The translations under genes and the position numbers were made by a program. DNA of 64,000 nucleotides from an uncultured delta proteobacterium (GTDB lineage: Bacteria; Desulfobacterota; Desulfobacteria; Desulfobacterales; Desulfosalsimonadaceae): the NCBI GenBank assembly GCA_963826785.1, contig CAWGYD010000001.1, positions 352,001 to 416,000 on the forward strand, written 5' to 3'. Below, piece by piece: positions 60,647-64,000 of the stretch. Under the pieces are notes generated by a model that was given only the letters and a program-made list of their open reading frames with translations, searched no databases and had not been told where the DNA came from. The first letter of the stretch is position 1. Every line of letters starts with the position of its first letter.

Positions 60647-62160
60647 ATGCAAGATTTCAACGATTACAGCGTTTCCAAAAAAACATCCCTCAGAGATATC
60701 TTTTTCGTTCTCTTCAAGCATAAAAGCCGCATCGCCGTCTTTTTCCTGGGCATCATGCTGACCGCGAGCGTGGGGACGTTCTTCGCTTCCCGGATTTACC
60801 AGTCCGAGGCCAAGCTTTTCATCAACCTGGGAAGAGAAGAAGTGACGCTGGATTCCTCCGCGTCCAACCAGGGGCAGCGTCGGGTACAGGTCAGCCAGTC
60901 CCTTGAAAACCAGATCAATACCGAAGTCGATATCCTGCAGAGCCAGGAATTGCTGGAGCAGGTGGTAGCGAGCATCGGCGTGGGTGCCTTCATCAATGAC
61001 GGGGGCAAATACGGACCCGTCGGCAATTCCGCGGTGGATGAAATCCGCCTGAAACTCAAAAAGATGCTGGCCTTCCCCAAGCACGCCATTGCCAATTTCA
61101 TTACGCCATCAGCAGAATCCCGGACCCGGGGATGATCAGGTTACGGTCAAAAAGATCGCCAAGGACCTAAAGGACAGTCTCGATATCGAGTCCGTCAATG
61201 ACAGCAACATCATCGCGCTGATGTTTGAAGCGAAAAATCCCCAGCTGGCCCATGATGTGCTCCAGCAGCTCATCAATTTCTACATGGTAAAACACCAGCA
61301 GGTTCACGGAACGCCGGGATCATTCGAATTTTTCGAAAAGCGAAACCGCCAAATACCGGGAGCGGCTGGAAAAAACCGAACAGGAGCTCAGGGCGCTCAA
61401 GGACAGGATCAATATCTCCTCCCTTCAGGACCAGCGACGAATCCTTTCCGAGCAGACCGGCGCGATTCAACAGAAGCGCGAAGAAGTCGAAGCGGCTATC
61501 GCTTCGTATAAAGCCAAGGCAAACCAGGGCATAAACGAGTATTTTGATCTTTCAGTGGCAAGCGAATCGACCCGCTACCCCGAATCCAGCCTGGATGGCA
61601 TGCGCAAGCAGCTTTACGAATTGAAATTCAAGGAACAGGAACTTTTGTCCGTGTACAAGGCCGAAAGCGTTCCGGTTACAGAAATCCGGCGGCAGATCAA
61701 GGAGGCGGAATCGCTCCTCAAGAGGGCCCAGGAGGGGACCATTGAAGCACTTTCCGCAAAATCGGACGCACTGGGGCAGCAGCTGGCCAGGACAAACCAT
61801 GAATTGATCAAGCTCAATGATGCCGAGGTCCGGCTGGCCCAGCTGGAGCGTCAGAAGAAACTTCTGGAAGAAAAATATATCAAATATTCCGACAGTCTGG
61901 AGCAGACGCGGATCGACGAAGCCCTGAACATTGAAAAGATATCCAATATACGGGTAGCCCAGGCCCCTCTCATGCCGATTGCCCCCATACGGCCGAACAC
62001 GGGACTGAATCTGGTGATGGGGTTGTTCCTGGGCCTTTTCGGCGGGTTGGGACTGGCCTTTTTCCTGGAATACATCGATGAAAGCCTCCAGAAGCCGGAA
62101 CAGATCGAAGAGACACTCGAACTGCCGGTGCTGGGTTCGATCCAAAAAATGGTGAAATAA
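60647..62160 (+). CDS. GumC/Wzc-type chain-length determinant, with frameshifts at ~61130 and ~61338
   Basis: N-terminal TM, coiled coil and PIRP...TM...EYIDE; three consecutive frames joined by removing one base in a G4 run and one in an A4 run. Confidence 0.82.
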
Positions 62161-62163
62161 AAA

Positions 62164-63570
62164 ATGTACCAGAATTTCTACCAGTTTTCCAGCAAACCGT
62201 TCGGCGTAACCCCGGATCCGAAATTTCTCTTTCTCAGCCACACCCACCGGGAAACCCTGGCATCGTTGATCTACGGCATACGGGAACGCAAAGGTTTTGT
62301 TGCCGTCATCGGTGAAGTGGGAACCGGCAAGACCACCCTTTTGAAGGCCACTCTGGAAAATCTGGATGACAATACCCGGTCGGCCTTTATCTTCAATTCA
62401 GACCTGGCCTTTGATGAAATATTGCACCATATCCTGGTGGATCTGGGTTTGACCGAACCGGAAAACGTGCTTCCCAAGTTCATGGCAATGGATCGTCTCA
62501 ACCGGTATGCCATCGATCGATTCTCCGAAGGCGGAAACGTGGTCATCATCATCGATGAGGCACAGAACCTGGACCTTCGCACCATGGAAAACCTGAGGCT
62601 GCTGTCCAATCTGGAAACCAGCCGGCATAAACTGGTTCAGATCATACTGTCCGGGCAGCCGGAACTAGATGACCTGCTGAGAAAAAAGGAACTCCGGCAA
62701 CTGGCCCAGCGGATCAACCTTCGCCGGTACATTTCTCCCCTGAGCGAGGATGAGACGTATCAATTTCTGGACCATCAGTTAAAAGTTGCCCAGTATCCGG
62801 GTGGCCGCCTGTTTGAAAAAGCCGCGCTCAAGCTGGTGTGGGAGTACTCCGGAGGCATTCCCCGGAAGATCAACATGCTTTGCGATAACGCCCTGCTGAT
62901 CGCATACGGCATGGGAAAGAAAAAGATCACCCCCTCGGTCATGCAGGAATCCATCCGTGACCTGAGCTGGAGCCCTTTTGCGGGCGGCGCTGCCGAAGGC
63001 GGCGGAAGTTCGCCGGAAACAGGCCGCAATCCCGGGCCGAACCCCAGGCACCGGTTTTCTCTTGCCGCCGGTATTTTGATGGCAACGCTTTTTCTCAGTG
63101 CAGCGGGGGCCGGCGTATGGATGTCCAGGGCATCGCTGCCCCGCCTTGCCGGCTTTTCATCCCAAAAGGGGGTTTCCCTGACCGCAGTCGGGGGCCTTCC
63201 CGCACCGATGATGCAAAAACAGCCAGCCGGTCAGGCTGAAACGGATGCGCCCGGGGTCCGGATGAAAAAACCCCTTGTGGAGACGCTCCCCCGGAGGTCT
63301 TCGGCACCGGTCGATGCCGGGGGTTCCCGGGAGGTGGTGATTCAAAAGGGGGACTACCTCTACCGGATCATCAAGGACGCATATGGAAAAGACAAGCAGA
63401 TGCTTTCCCTGGTGCTTAAGGCAAATCCCCAAATTGAGGACCCCAATCGCATTCTTCCGGGCCAGATCATTCGGTTGCCCGGATTAGACAGCCCGGAAAA
63501 ACCCGGCCGGATTGAGGAATATAACCTGACCAGTACAAAAAAACCCGTCTCGTCATCGGTCGAAGAATAA
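62164..63570 (+). CDS. ExeA-like AAA ATPase with TM segment and C-terminal LysM domain
   Basis: PFGVTPDP, GEVGTGKTT, IDEAQ, SGQPEL and GIPRKIN; IQKGD.L...NP.I.DPN.I.PGQ.I.LP. Confidence 0.88.
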   Translation: MYQNFYQFSSKPFGVTPDPKFLFLSHTHRETLASLIYGIRERKGFVAVIGEVGTGKTTLLKATLENLDDNTRSAFIFNSDLAFDEILHHILVDLGLTEPENVLPKFMAMDRLNRYAIDRFSEGGNVVIIIDEAQNLDLRTMENLRLLSNLETSRHKLVQIILSGQPELDDLLRKKELRQLAQRINLRRYISPLSEDETYQFLDHQLKVAQYPGGRLFEKAALKLVWEYSGGIPRKINMLCDNALLIAYGMGKKKITPSVMQESIRDLSWSPFAGGAAEGGGSSPETGRNPGPNPRHRFSLAAGILMATLFLSAAGAGVWMSRASLPRLAGFSSQKGVSLTAVGGLPAPMMQKQPAGQAETDAPGVRMKKPLVETLPRRSSAPVDAGGSREVVIQKGDYLYRIIKDAYGKDKQMLSLVLKANPQIEDPNRILPGQIIRLPGLDSPEKPGRIEEYNLTSTKKPVSSSVEE

Positions 63571-63587
63571 AGGAAAGGAATGGTCGT

Positions 63588-64000
63588 ATGGGAAAAACAC
63601 ATCAGGCGCTGCAACGTGCTGAGAAGGAATATCAGGAAAAGTATCAGGTGCTGAAAGCGGACACCGACCGCGTCGATTCCCAGGAATCCCAGACCCGGAT
63701 GCCCACATTGCCATCGAAGTCAAAACCGCCGGTGCGGACCCGCGTCGAGGGATACCGGGATCAGTATGATTCCCTGAAAATCAATCTGTTCAGCCGATAT
63801 CCCGCGGAGCAGCTCAAGCTGATTGTATTCACCGGAACCGCATACGGAGACGGAAATTCCACTACGGCGGTGAACTTCGTCACGTCTCTTGCCAAAGACC
63901 CCAAGCGTTCCGTGTGCATCATCGATGCGAATATTCAGAAGCCGTGCCTCCATCAGGTATTCAACCAGGACCTGAAAGAGGGGTTGACGGATTTTCTGGC
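63588..64000 (+). CDS. CpsD/CapB-family BY-kinase-like protein, 3' truncated by window edge
   Basis: MGKTHQAL..., VFTGTAYGDGNSTTAVN, IIDAN.QKP and GLTDFL; not in the ORF track. Confidence 0.8.
   Translation, partial: MGKTHQALQRAEKEYQEKYQVLKADTDRVDSQESQTRMPTLPSKSKPPVRTRVEGYRDQYDSLKINLFSRYPAEQLKLIVFTGTAYGDGNSTTAVNFVTSLAKDPKRSVCIIDANIQKPCLHQVFNQDLKEGLTDFL

Noticed and set aside
61125..61140. TGA in the chain-length gene as selenocysteine
   Set aside because: Coding continues in a different frame and there is no Cys context, so a frameshift explains it

Overview
A GC-rich bacterial chromosomal window; gene content suggests an anaerobic Desulfobacterota (inference). It is dominated by fatty-acid, amino-acid and 2-oxoacid catabolism: two long-chain acyl-CoA synthetases with a Liv-type ABC importer, fadN-thiolase, SDRs, an acetate channel, two 4-subunit 2-oxoacid:ferredoxin oxidoreductase operons, ilvE, and an AOR/class II aldolase/MoxR/VWA operon. 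Housekeeping genes (tRNA-Glu, radA, rlmE, yebC, nadA, lolA, pgm) and the start of an exopolysaccharide cluster are also present. The standout is the mercury-methylation pair hgcAB. The ORF track truncates hgcA. The frame extends 49 codons upstream through an in-frame TGA in a Cys-TGA dipeptide followed by a bacterial SECIS-like hairpin, indicating a probable selenocysteine-containing HgcA; this feature has been reported before but is easily missed. Other notable items are two small toxin-antitoxin islets each bounded by a duplicated gene 3' end, a dispersed C/G-hairpin REP/MITE-like family, a (CATTCCAT)12 repeat, and enzymes with altered catalytic motifs. Seven single-base frameshifts, mostly in homopolymer runs, look like assembly errors. 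No CRISPR array, integrase or transposase was seen. All family assignments come from motif recognition by eye; no searches were run.
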